A stretch of DNA of 63,990 bases, filler included. It is 4 parts of 4 records of this genome, joined end to end, with 100 filler letters (N's around TTAATTAATTAA, not from the genome) between each part and the next. Parts side by side here need not be neighbours in the genome. Positions count along the whole stretch, not along the records: positions 34,906 to 63,990 come from SRR31156797_2471; 3 more parts are not named here. The stretch is one strand, 5' to 3'. Below, piece by piece: positions 50,302 through 59,960 of this stretch; within the stretch, counting starts at the first letter, position 1, and each line of letters begins with the position of its first letter. Made by a program: the position numbers and the translations under genes. A model generated the notes under the pieces. The model saw nothing but the letters and a program-made list of their open reading frames with translations, made no database searches and had not been told where the DNA came from.

Positions 50302-52447
50302 TGTTTTCCTCTTTTCTTTGTAATACTAAAGATTTTGGACCATCTGTTACGATCTTTCCATTATCGATTACAATTACTCTATCAACCAAACTTAAAGTAG
50401 ACATTTTATGGGTAATAACGATAAGAGTCTCATCTGCCATCAGAGTTTTCATATTTTTTAAAAATGCATGTTCTGTTTGTCTATCCATAGAATTTGTCGG
50501 TTCATCTAAGATCATAAAATTAGGTTTCGTAAGAATTGCTCTTGCTAAAGTGATCGCTTGACGCTCACCTCCACTTAAACCTTCTCCTCTTTCTCCTACT
50601 AAAAGGTCATATCCCGATTCATGTTTTCCTAAAAAGTCATGAACCCCTGCAGCCTTAGCAGCTTCAAGTATCTCTTCATCTGTTGCAAACTGCTCACCGA
50701 TCACAATATTATCTTTCACTGATCCCATAAATAAAAATGGCTCTTGTGGTACATACCCAATAGATTTTCTAAGATCAACTGGATCGATTTGTCTAATATC
50801 TGTTTTATCTATTAAAACTGATCCATTATTTGGAACATAAAGGTTCATAATAAGTTTTGCCAAAGTTGACTTTCCTGAACCTATTTTTCCTAAAATTGCA
50901 ACTTTTTCCCCTTGTTTGATGGTAAGGTTAATGTTTTTTAATGTATCAAAGTTTGCCCCTTTATAGGCAAATGTCACATCTTTAAACTCAATATCTCCTT
51001 TAAGATCAGGTCGACTTAAATAGCTTTTATTTTCTCTTTCAACTTCCATTTTCATGATATCTTCAATATCTTTAAATGCAAGCACTGTTTGATCATATTT
51101 AATAATCATAGAAACTACTTTTGAAATTGGTGAGATCACACGAGATTGAAGCATCATCGCTACAATGATCCCACCCATAGTAAGATCACCCTCAATAGAG
51201 AGATACACCCCTACAATAATCAAAGCAATATTTGAAGCTTTAGACATCAATCCAGTTACTAAATTGGCAACTTGGGATAAATATTGTGATTTTTCTCCAT
51301 AATACAATGTCTGATTAAGAGCATCATCCCAATGGGTTCTCATACGGTTTTGAGCACGCACACTTTTAATGATCTCTAATCCCGCAACAGTTTCAGTTAA
51401 AGTTGTCTGTCTTATCTGCTCTTCATTAGCAGCTTTTCCAACAAGACCTTTGATTCTTTTTTGAATAAAAAAAGAAAAGGCAACGATAAGAATAACTGTT
51501 GTTAAACTTACCCATACTATTGCTCCTGAGAAATAATAGATCACAAATACAAATAATAAAGCAAATGGGATATCTACAAGTGTTGCAATAGTTGCACTTG
51601 TAAGAAACTCTCTTACACTTTGAAAAGATTGTAATCTACTGACAAACTGACCTGTTGATGCTGGTCTTTCACTCAGTCTTATATTTAATAGATGACTAAA
51701 TATCTTATTACTCATAATAAGATCTGCTTTTTTTCCAGCCTTTCCAAGATAATATGCCCGAAGCAAAGAAAACACCAAATCAAATATCAAAATAAAAATG
51801 ATCCCTATAGACATAGCCCAAAGGGTTTCAATCCCATTATTAGGTAATACCCTGTCAAAAACATTTTTCATAAATAAAGGAATAGCTAGAACAAAAAGAT
51901 TGATAAAAATTGATGCGATTATAACTTTACGATAGATAGGAATGTTTTTTTTAATAGCACCCCAAAACCAATCTCTAGGTTCACCTAGATCAAGTTCTTT
52001 TGTGATCTTTGATTCATATTTATATTTTGGTTTTACAATAATAACTCGACCTAAAAACTCTTTTTCAAGATGTTCTAAAGGCATATTGATCTCACCATCA
52101 CTTAATCCTGGGATGATCACTTTTGCATTTTTTTTCTCAAAATCAATATCTAAAAGGATACATGCACGGTTTTTCTCTAAAAGTAAAATAGCTGGTAATG
52201 CTAACTTTGAGATACCATCAAGTTTTCGCTCAACTACTTTAGATATTAGACCTATTCTTTTTGAAGCATCAATAAAATCTCTTACATTCATTGCTCTATT
52301 GTACATAGGAAGTCCGGAGACTAAAGCTTCTTTTGAGGTTGATCTTTGGTAATAAGAAGATAAAAAAACCAAAGTTTCTAATAAAGAATCAACAGAACGT
52401 CGATCCTTCATTATATCTTTTTTTAAATTTTTCTCTTCTTCAGTCAT
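50288..52447 (-). CDS. Type I secretion permease/ATPase (LapB/LssB-like, C39-like N-domain)
   Basis: VFDRVLPN, Walker A GKIGSGKS, LSGGERQ and LDEPT. Confidence 0.93.
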   Translation of the reverse strand: MTEEEKNLKKDIMKDRRSVDSLLETLVFLSSYYQRSTSKEALVSGLPMYNRAMNVRDFIDASKRIGLISKVVERKLDGISKLALPAILLLEKNRACILLDIDFEKKNAKVIIPGLSDGEINMPLEHLEKEFLGRVIIVKPKYKYESKITKELDLGEPRDWFWGAIKKNIPIYRKVIIASIFINLFVLAIPLFMKNVFDRVLPNNGIETLWAMSIGIIFILIFDLVFSLLRAYYLGKAGKKADLIMSNKIFSHLLNIRLSERPASTGQFVSRLQSFQSVREFLTSATIATLVDIPFALLFVFVIYYFSGAIVWVSLTTVILIVAFSFFIQKRIKGLVGKAANEEQIRQTTLTETVAGLEIIKSVRAQNRMRTHWDDALNQTLYYGEKSQYLSQVANLVTGLMSKASNIALIIVGVYLSIEGDLTMGGIIVAMMLQSRVISPISKVVSMIIKYDQTVLAFKDIEDIMKMEVERENKSYLSRPDLKGDIEFKDVTFAYKGANFDTLKNINLTIKQGEKVAILGKIGSGKSTLAKLIMNLYVPNNGSVLIDKTDIRQIDPVDLRKSIGYVPQEPFLFMGSVKDNIVIGEQFATDEEILEAAKAAGVHDFLGKHESGYDLLVGERGEGLSGGERQAITLARAILTKPNFMILDEPTNSMDRQTEHAFLKNMKTLMADETLIVITHKMSTLSLVDRVIVIDNGKIVTDGPKSLVLQRKEENSGNN

Positions 52448-52474
52448 TTGTCATTACCTTAATGTGGTTTTATA

Positions 52475-54862
52475 TTAATTGTATTCTTGATATTTTTTTT
52501 CTAATTCAATATGTTTTTGAACACTATCAACATAAACATAGTTTCTAATACCTCTAGGTAATTCTGCCATTGCTCTTTTTGCTTCAGCTAATGTATTATA
52601 GCTTCCATAGATCAATTTGATTTTATCTCCATTGTCTCCAAATCTATATGAATAATCTGCATTTGAAAGATGATACTCTTTGATATATTTTTGTAATTCT
52701 GATTCACTGTAAACTGTTGCTATATTAATAGTATATTTACCAGGGATAGATTTAGCTAAATTATATCTTCCATTATATTTTTTCTCAAGATCTAAATGTT
52801 TTTGTAAATTATCAACATATACATAGTTTTTAATTCCTGCTCCAAATTTAGCAATCTCTCTTCTTGCTTCACCTACAGTATCAAATTCACCATAGATAAG
52901 TTTGATTTTTTTTCTATCATCTCCAAATCTATAGTAGTATGCTTCATCTTGAAGTTTATACTCTTTTATAAACTCTTTAAGTTCATCAACTGTTCTAAGT
53001 GTTGCTATATTGATAGTATATTGTTTTGATAAAACTCTTTTTTCATTAAGAGCCACCTCTTCATTTTGAGCTTTTTTCGCTAAAAGCTCTTTTCTCTCTT
53101 CAGCAACTCTTTGTTGTACTTTTCTTGCAATCTCAGGGGTAGTTCCCTCTGCATACAATTTATTTAATCTATCTTCAATATCAATGATACCTGTTGTTTC
53201 AATTGTATCAGCTGCCTCTTTTGGTTCTACTAACTCTGGAGTAGGATTTAAATTGATTGAAGCTGCATTATCTGGTTCACTATAAAGATCATCTAAAGCA
53301 GATTTTGTTGATCTTTGATTATGTGTCATCACCATTTCATCTTCTTTTGGTAACTGCTGATCAATTGGTGCTACATCATTATTTGAAAGATCACTTCCTA
53401 AAAGATCATCTGTTGCCATATCATTATTGATTGCCACATCATCATTTAGATTCATATCTGAACTTGAATCATCAGTAAATAGATCTTTTACACTATCATT
53501 GATTTGAATATCTTCATTTGGATTTGTTACTTCTCTATTTCTTGGAGTAAATACATATTTAGGACAAACCTGTTTCTCTTGCATTAAAACAACATCACTT
53601 AACATTGATAACTTATTTAAAAGATCATAATAAGCGTTTAAAAGTTCAAACTGTTGTTGTAAACTATCAATATCTGATCGATACAATTCAGACTCTGCAT
53701 TTAAGATATCAATAAATGTTCTCGTACCATCAGCCAATTGTCGTTTGTATACCATTAAAATATTATAGTTATCATCAATCACTTTTTTTGAGTTTTCAAC
53801 TCTTTTTTTCATATTAAAATAAGTGTAGTATGCAGAGTTTATCTCTTCAACAACCTCAGCAGTAATTGCATCAAGCTTTTTTTGCTCCTCTTTTAAGAAA
53901 AGTTCCTCTTTTGCTGTAGCAATCATTGTCTTTCCACCATCAAACAGATTCCAGTTAAGATTAATTCTTCCTCTGTAAATATCCTGTCGTCCATTTTCTG
54001 CAAGTTCTAGATCATCATCCCATTGACCTTGTAGTTCAAATGTAATAGTTGGTCTATACCCTGCTTTTTCTTGTGCAATTTTTTCTCTTTGTTGTTTAAT
54101 GATCTCAATTTGTTCATTTATTTTAAAACTTCTTCGAAGTCCTAACTCCACTGCTTCTTTTACAGTTTTAGGGATAAAAGTTTCATCTAAAATAGGTCTA
54201 CAAATATCTCCTGATAGATCTTTTCCTACAAGTTGTTTATAGAGACTATTTGATGTATATTGTTCTTGTTCTTGCTCTAAGTAACGTCCAATAACAGAGT
54301 GGTATTTTGAGTTTACTTGATGAGTTTCTAATACTTCACCACTGATCTCTTCTTTCTCTTTTGCAATATCTAAATATTTTTCATGAACAGCCATATTATC
54401 TGTAGCTAATGCTAAAAGTTCTTGAGAAGCAACAAGATCAATATATGTACTAACTGTTTCATAGATAGTATTTTCCACATCATAAATACTTCTAAATTTA
54501 TTAGCATTATATCTATGTTGATACTCTCCAACTTGAGCTGGAGTTAAACCACCATCATACAGAACATATTGAAACTTCAATGCCACATTCCAACCATCTT
54601 TATCACTCCACCCTTCAGCAGGTGGTGTTGTATCTGGATCATTATAAGTCTTTGACTTTTCAACATAAGCATCAAGATCAAGAGTTGGTAGATAGTCTCC
54701 CTCTTCTTGCTCCACATACTTTAAGTACGCATCTCTATTGATATGTGCAGCAATAATCGATGGATTATTATTAAGAGTATCTTCAATACTATTCCTTAAA
54801 CTTGTTGCATTTAAACTGGTAATACCCATAAAGAGTAAAATAAACAATTTTTTAGTTTGCAT
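52475..54862 (-). CDS. TolC-family T1SS outer membrane protein (LapE-like) with an acidic linker and two C-terminal SPOR-like domains
   Basis: Signal peptide, OEP motifs YLPTLDL, WNLFDGG and GTRTFIDILNAE; C-terminal tandem repeat; start after an AAAGG RBS. Confidence 0.88.
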   Translation of the reverse strand: MQTKKLFILLFMGITSLNATSLRNSIEDTLNNNPSIIAAHINRDAYLKYVEQEEGDYLPTLDLDAYVEKSKTYNDPDTTPPAEGWSDKDGWNVALKFQYVLYDGGLTPAQVGEYQHRYNANKFRSIYDVENTIYETVSTYIDLVASQELLALATDNMAVHEKYLDIAKEKEEISGEVLETHQVNSKYHSVIGRYLEQEQEQYTSNSLYKQLVGKDLSGDICRPILDETFIPKTVKEAVELGLRRSFKINEQIEIIKQQREKIAQEKAGYRPTITFELQGQWDDDLELAENGRQDIYRGRINLNWNLFDGGKTMIATAKEELFLKEEQKKLDAITAEVVEEINSAYYTYFNMKKRVENSKKVIDDNYNILMVYKRQLADGTRTFIDILNAESELYRSDIDSLQQQFELLNAYYDLLNKLSMLSDVVLMQEKQVCPKYVFTPRNREVTNPNEDIQINDSVKDLFTDDSSSDMNLNDDVAINNDMATDDLLGSDLSNNDVAPIDQQLPKEDEMVMTHNQRSTKSALDDLYSEPDNAASINLNPTPELVEPKEAADTIETTGIIDIEDRLNKLYAEGTTPEIARKVQQRVAEERKELLAKKAQNEEVALNEKRVLSKQYTINIATLRTVDELKEFIKEYKLQDEAYYYRFGDDRKKIKLIYGEFDTVGEARREIAKFGAGIKNYVYVDNLQKHLDLEKKYNGRYNLAKSIPGKYTINIATVYSESELQKYIKEYHLSNADYSYRFGDNGDKIKLIYGSYNTLAEAKRAMAELPRGIRNYVYVDSVQKHIELEKKYQEYN
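52478..53020 (-). repeat. Intragenic tandem duplication of an approximately 95-codon SPOR/DamX-like domain
   Basis: YTINIAT...IKEY.L....Y.YRFGD...KIKLIYG...T..EA.R......GI.NYVYVD..QKH occurs twice, starting at 53020 and 52735. Confidence 0.85.
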
Positions 54863-55278
54863 AACAAAACCTTTCTTCATTCGAAGTCATTTTATCAAAA
54901 TAATGTTATAAAAAAGTTGTAACTTTTAAAATTATGGTAAAGTTACTCTATTTTTAACATTTGTATAACAATAAATATCACAAAAAGTTACCATAATCAT
55001 AAGTTATAATAACATTTATAATACACGATATTATATAGAAACTTAAATTAATATTAAAATAACCAGAAATAATATTTTTTCCAACTTTTTTTCCAACTTT
55101 TTTATAAAAAACTACAGTTTTTTTCATAATTATTTCTGTTTCATTCACAATTATAGTTCATGTGTAAACTCTTTAACACCTATATAATTTTACACCTTAT
55201 TTTATAAAAACTTTTTAGAAACTTTATTATGTTATGATTGTAGCTATTAAAAATAATTCTAGAAAAAAAGGTGAAAGT

Positions 55279-56556
55279 GTGGGGTTTCCAAAATATAATA
55301 TTGCTTTCGTACATAGTGCGATAGGACAATTTAAACAGTTACATAAATATCTCAACGATTCAGGGATGGCAAACTCTTATGCTCTATGTTCTCCTGGTGT
55401 TTATAGAGCAGAACAAAATAAGTTATCAAATCTAAGAGTTTTTGATTCTGTACCCCAAAGGGGAAAAGATCTTTTCTTTTACATAACAAAAATAGATGAA
55501 GCAGCAAGAAAATCATTTGGTGTAAAAAACTCTATTGAGGCTCTTTTAAAAGATGTAAAACTTGATCTTATCGTATGTCATCATAGTGGAGGAGCTCCTA
55601 TGCAGCTTTTTGATGAATTTGATATTCCTGTGATCTCTTATATTGAGTTTCCATCTTTTAGACATTATGGATGGGATAAAAAATATAATCCACCTGAAGC
55701 TTATAGATACAGAGATAAACTTTTTGAGATGTATAGTTATTTTGATGTTATTAAAGCTGATAAAGTAATAGTTCCATCACACTATGCGAAAACTATGTTC
55801 CCACCATATATGCAACATAAGATCGCCGTACAGATGGAAGGGTTTGCAGTAAAACAACATAAAGCAAATCCTCCCTTTAAAAAACAAAAAGGTTTAACAT
55901 ACATAGGTTTTACTGCACGTGATCTCTCATCTGCTAAAGGGTTTGAACAGTTTATTATGATCTCAAAAGCGATTTTAGAGAAAAGAAAAAATGTTAAATT
56001 CATCATTGTAGGATCACCAAAAGCACTTTATAGTTATGAGGGTGCATATCTAGATGAGATCTATGGAAAAGGGCATGGGAAAGAGTTTAAAGATTATATT
56101 TATGAAAGAGAAAAGATCGATACAGAGTTTAAAGAGTATTATGAATTTTATGACTTTTTAGAATATGATAAATATGCAACTTTTATAGAAAATATCGACT
56201 TTTTCTTATATCCACTTCAATTTGGCTCAGCAAACTGGGGAATCTATGAGATCTATTGTAGAGGAAAGATCATTATAGGAAGTGAAAGATGTTATGTTCC
56301 TGAACTTCTTACAGATAAGATTGATGGTTTTATCTGTCCATATGATGATATTCCAAAATGGGTAGAAGTTGCAGTTGATCTTATTGATAATCCTAAAAAA
56401 TACAATTATGTGAAACAAAATATTAAGATCAATTCACAAAAATATATGATCGATAATATTTCAAAAGAGTATATGGAGATTTTTCACCAAGTTATTTTAG
56501 AACACCGTCATCAAAAAGAACAATTTTTTTATGTAGATGAAACAAATACTCAATAA
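55279..56556 (+). CDS. Family 4 glycosyltransferase (GT-B; DUF3495/Glyco_trans_4_3-like N-terminus)
   Basis: IAFVH...[20 protein letters not shown] and WGIYE...G..IIGS...PEL..DKIDGF. Likely GTG start at 55279 after AAAGG; the ORF opens at 55234. Confidence 0.78.
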   Translation: MGFPKYNIAFVHSAIGQFKQLHKYLNDSGMANSYALCSPGVYRAEQNKLSNLRVFDSVPQRGKDLFFYITKIDEAARKSFGVKNSIEALLKDVKLDLIVCHHSGGAPMQLFDEFDIPVISYIEFPSFRHYGWDKKYNPPEAYRYRDKLFEMYSYFDVIKADKVIVPSHYAKTMFPPYMQHKIAVQMEGFAVKQHKANPPFKKQKGLTYIGFTARDLSSAKGFEQFIMISKAILEKRKNVKFIIVGSPKALYSYEGAYLDEIYGKGHGKEFKDYIYEREKIDTEFKEYYEFYDFLEYDKYATFIENIDFFLYPLQFGSANWGIYEIYCRGKIIIGSERCYVPELLTDKIDGFICPYDDIPKWVEVAVDLIDNPKKYNYVKQNIKINSQKYMIDNISKEYMEIFHQVILEHRHQKEQFFYVDETNTQ

Positions 56557-56566
56557 AAGGATTAAA

Positions 56567-57457
56567 ATGAAAGGAATAATATTAGCAGGAGGGACAGGGA
56601 CACGGCTCTATCCTCTCACACGTGGAGTAAGTAAACAACTTGTACCAATATATGATAAGCCGATGATCTATTATCCACTTTCAGTACTTATGCTTGCAAA
56701 AATCAAAGAGGTACTGATCATTACAACACCAGAAGATCAAAAAGCTTTTCAAAATCTTTTAGGAAATGGAAGTGATCTGGGGATGAAATTTGAATATATT
56801 GTGCAACCATCTCCTGATGGACTCGCCCAAGCTTTTATCTTAGGAGAAAAGTTTTTAGATGGAGATGATGCGTGTTTGGTTCTTGGTGATAATATTTTTT
56901 ATGGACATGGATTAACACAGCTTTTAGCAAAGTCTATTCAAAATGTAAAAGAGGAAAATAAAGCTACAGTATTTGGATACTATGTAAAAGATCCTGAACG
57001 ATATGGAGTCGCTGAATTTGATGAAGATGGTAATGTAATTACTATAGAAGAGAAGCCTAAAGAGCCTAAATCAAACTATGCAGTAGTGGGACTTTATTTT
57101 TATCCAAATGATGTGGTAAAAAAAGCAAAAGAGGTAAAACCAAGCGATAGAGGAGAATTAGAGATCACCACTTTAAATCAAAATTACCTTGATGAGAAAA
57201 GATTAAAAGTTGAGACAATGGGTAGAGGATATGCTTGGCTTGATACAGGAACCCATGAGTCACTCTTAGAAGCAAGCTCTTTTATCCAAACTATAGAAAA
57301 AAGACAATCTTTAAAAGTAGCATGTATCGAAGAAATTGCCTATGAGATGGGCTATATTACAAAAGAAAAGCTATTAGAACTAGCTGAACCTTTAAAAAAG
57401 AACCAATATGGACAATATCTTATTACAAGAGCAAATCAACCAAGGATTTATAAATAA
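56567..57457 (+). CDS. rfbA: Glucose-1-phosphate thymidylyltransferase
   Basis: [32 protein letters not shown] and [11 protein letters not shown]. Confidence 0.96.
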   Translation: MKGIILAGGTGTRLYPLTRGVSKQLVPIYDKPMIYYPLSVLMLAKIKEVLIITTPEDQKAFQNLLGNGSDLGMKFEYIVQPSPDGLAQAFILGEKFLDGDDACLVLGDNIFYGHGLTQLLAKSIQNVKEENKATVFGYYVKDPERYGVAEFDEDGNVITIEEKPKEPKSNYAVVGLYFYPNDVVKKAKEVKPSDRGELEITTLNQNYLDEKRLKVETMGRGYAWLDTGTHESLLEASSFIQTIEKRQSLKVACIEEIAYEMGYITKEKLLELAEPLKKNQYGQYLITRANQPRIYK

Positions 57458-58032
57458 TGGATTTTATTAAAACTGAAATACCAGAAGTAGTAATATGTGA
57501 ACCAAAAGTTCATGGAGATGAAAGAGGCTACTTTGTAGAAACCTTTCGTGCAGATAAACTAGAAGAATTTGTAGGATATGAAATAAACTTCTGCCAAGAT
57601 AATGAGTCAAAGTCTTCATATGGAGTCCTTAGAGGTCTACACTATCAATTACCTCCCCATGCACAAACAAAACTTGTAAGAGTTATTGAGGGTGAAGTGC
57701 TTGATGTGGCAGTAGATATAAGAAAGAATTCTCCAACTTTTGGAAAATATGTATCGATCATTTTAAGTGGAGAGAATAAGAAACAACTTCTTATCCCAAG
57801 AGGTTTTGCCCATGGGTTTGTTGTACTATCACCTACTGCAACTTTTGCTTATAAAGTGGACAGTTACTATTCACCAGAGTGTGATAGAGGAATAGCTTTT
57901 AATGATCCTTCACTTAATATTGATTGGATGGTTGAGCACTCACAATTGCAATTATCTCCAAAAGATACTACACAACCTTTATTGCAAGATACCAATGATC
58001 TTTTTGAGTATGGTGTGAATTATTATGAATAA
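57457..58032 (+). CDS. rfbC: dTDP-4-dehydrorhamnose 3,5-epimerase
   Basis: DERGYF, QDNES, GVLRGLHYQ and GFAHGF. Confidence 0.96.
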   Translation: MDFIKTEIPEVVICEPKVHGDERGYFVETFRADKLEEFVGYEINFCQDNESKSSYGVLRGLHYQLPPHAQTKLVRVIEGEVLDVAVDIRKNSPTFGKYVSIILSGENKKQLLIPRGFAHGFVVLSPTATFAYKVDSYYSPECDRGIAFNDPSLNIDWMVEHSQLQLSPKDTTQPLLQDTNDLFEYGVNYYE

Positions 58033-58900
58033 GACTCAGACTATATTAGTAACTGGAAGTAATGGACAACTGGGAAGTGAGATTAAAGAACTTTCCTCAA
58101 ACTATTCTTATAATTTTATCTTTGCAGATAAAGAGGAGTTAGATATAACAGATGAAAAAAAACTTCAAGATTTTTTCTCTAACAATAATATTGATATTAT
58201 TATAAATTGTGCAGCATATACTGCTGTAGATAAAGCAGAGTCTGATCAAGAACTCTCTAATATGATTAATCACAAGGCAGTAAAATATTTAGCAAATATA
58301 GCTAAAACAAATAATATTAAATTTATACATATCTCTACAGATTATGTTTTTAATGGAAAAAACTTTCAACCCTATATTGAATCAGACACTACTAATCCTA
58401 ATGGAGTCTATGGAGAAACAAAACTTCTTGGTGAAAAAGCGATGATAGAGCTTAACCCTAAAAACTCTATTATCATTAGAACCTCATGGGTCTACTCTTT
58501 TTATGGAGCAAATTTTGTAAAAACTATGCTTAGACTTGGGAATGAAAAAGATGAGCTTGGTGTGATCTTTGATCAAGTTGGAACGCCTACCTATGCAAAA
58601 GACTTAGCATCAACTATTTTAGAAATTTTACCTAAAATAAAAAATGACAAGATAGAGATATATCACTATTCAAATGAAGGGGTTCTTTCATGGTATGACT
58701 TTTCTAAAGAGATTATGAGAATGGCTAAACTCGATTGTGTTATTAATCCAATTGAAACCAAAGAATACCCAACTCCAGCAAAAAGACCCCATTATAGTTT
58801 ACTTAATAAAGCTAAAATAAAAAAAGAGTTTAATATAACCATACCATACTGGAAAGATAGTTTAGATGATTGTCTTACAAGACTTGGTCAACGAAAATAA
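58025..58900 (+). CDS. rfbD: dTDP-4-dehydrorhamnose reductase
   Basis: GSNGQLG, AAYTAVDKAE, STDYVF and YGETKL.GE. Confidence 0.96.
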   Translation: MNKTQTILVTGSNGQLGSEIKELSSNYSYNFIFADKEELDITDEKKLQDFFSNNNIDIIINCAAYTAVDKAESDQELSNMINHKAVKYLANIAKTNNIKFIHISTDYVFNGKNFQPYIESDTTNPNGVYGETKLLGEKAMIELNPKNSIIIRTSWVYSFYGANFVKTMLRLGNEKDELGVIFDQVGTPTYAKDLASTILEILPKIKNDKIEIYHYSNEGVLSWYDFSKEIMRMAKLDCVINPIETKEYPTPAKRPHYSLLNKAKIKKEFNITIPYWKDSLDDCLTRLGQRK

Positions 58901-58915
58901 AAGGATAGATAATAG

Positions 58916-59944
58916 ATGTTTAATAATAGCAATAAAACAATTCTTGTAACAGGGTGTGCAGGATTTATTGGAAGTAATTTTGTCCCATACTTTTTAGATA
59001 GATATGATCAATACAATATTATAAATCTTGATCTTTTAACTTATGCAGGGGATCTTGGAAATTTGCAAGAGTGTGAAAATAATCCTAGATATAAATTTAT
59101 TAAAGGTGATATTTGTAATAGAGAACTAGTTGAGTTTATCTTCAATGAATACGATATCCAAGGGGTTATTCACTTTGCAGCAGAATCTCATGTGGATAAC
59201 TCTATTAAAAACCCTGGAATATTTGTACAAACAAATGTAAATGGGACTTATACTTTAGTTGATGTGGCTCAAAAGTATTGGATGGAAAAACCTTTTATCT
59301 ATAAAGAGAAATATAATAATTGTAGATTCCATCATATCTCTACAGATGAAGTGTATGGAACATTAAGCCTTGATCCAGAAGATTTGTTTCTTGAGACTAC
59401 CCCTTATGCACCAAACTCACCCTATTCAGCTTCAAAAGCATCAAGTGATATGATCATACGAGCCTATGTGGAAACCTTTGGATTAAATTGTGTTATTACA
59501 AATTGTTCTAATAACTATGGACCAAAACAACATGATGAGAAACTCATCCCTACTATTATTCGAAATGCTCTGCAAGGAAATCCTATTCCAATCTATGGAG
59601 ATGGAAAAAATATTAGAGATTGGTTATATGTCTTAGATCATTGTAAAGGGATCGATCTTGTATATCATACAGGAAATAATGGTGAGACTTATAATATTGG
59701 TGGACGAAACGAGAGAACTAATCTTCAAATCGTAAATACTATTTGTGAGATACTTGATACAAAACTTCCTAAGAAAAGTTCATATAAAGAGCTTATCACC
59801 TTTGTAGAAGATAGAGCTGGACATGATAGAAGATATGCTATAGATGCTACTAAACTAGAAACGGATCTTGGATGGAAAGCTGATGAAAACTTTGATTCTG
59901 GTATTATTAAAACTATTGATTGGTATTTAGAAAAATACAAATAA
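58916..59944 (+). CDS. rfbB: dTDP-glucose 4,6-dehydratase
   Basis: GCAGFIGSNF, FAAESHVDNSI, STDEVYG, YSASKA and DRAGHDRRY. Confidence 0.96.
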   Translation: MFNNSNKTILVTGCAGFIGSNFVPYFLDRYDQYNIINLDLLTYAGDLGNLQECENNPRYKFIKGDICNRELVEFIFNEYDIQGVIHFAAESHVDNSIKNPGIFVQTNVNGTYTLVDVAQKYWMEKPFIYKEKYNNCRFHHISTDEVYGTLSLDPEDLFLETTPYAPNSPYSASKASSDMIIRAYVETFGLNCVITNCSNNYGPKQHDEKLIPTIIRNALQGNPIPIYGDGKNIRDWLYVLDHCKGIDLVYHTGNNGETYNIGGRNERTNLQIVNTICEILDTKLPKKSSYKELITFVEDRAGHDRRYAIDATKLETDLGWKADENFDSGIIKTIDWYLEKYK

Positions 59945-59960
59945 TACCTATAGAGCTAGT

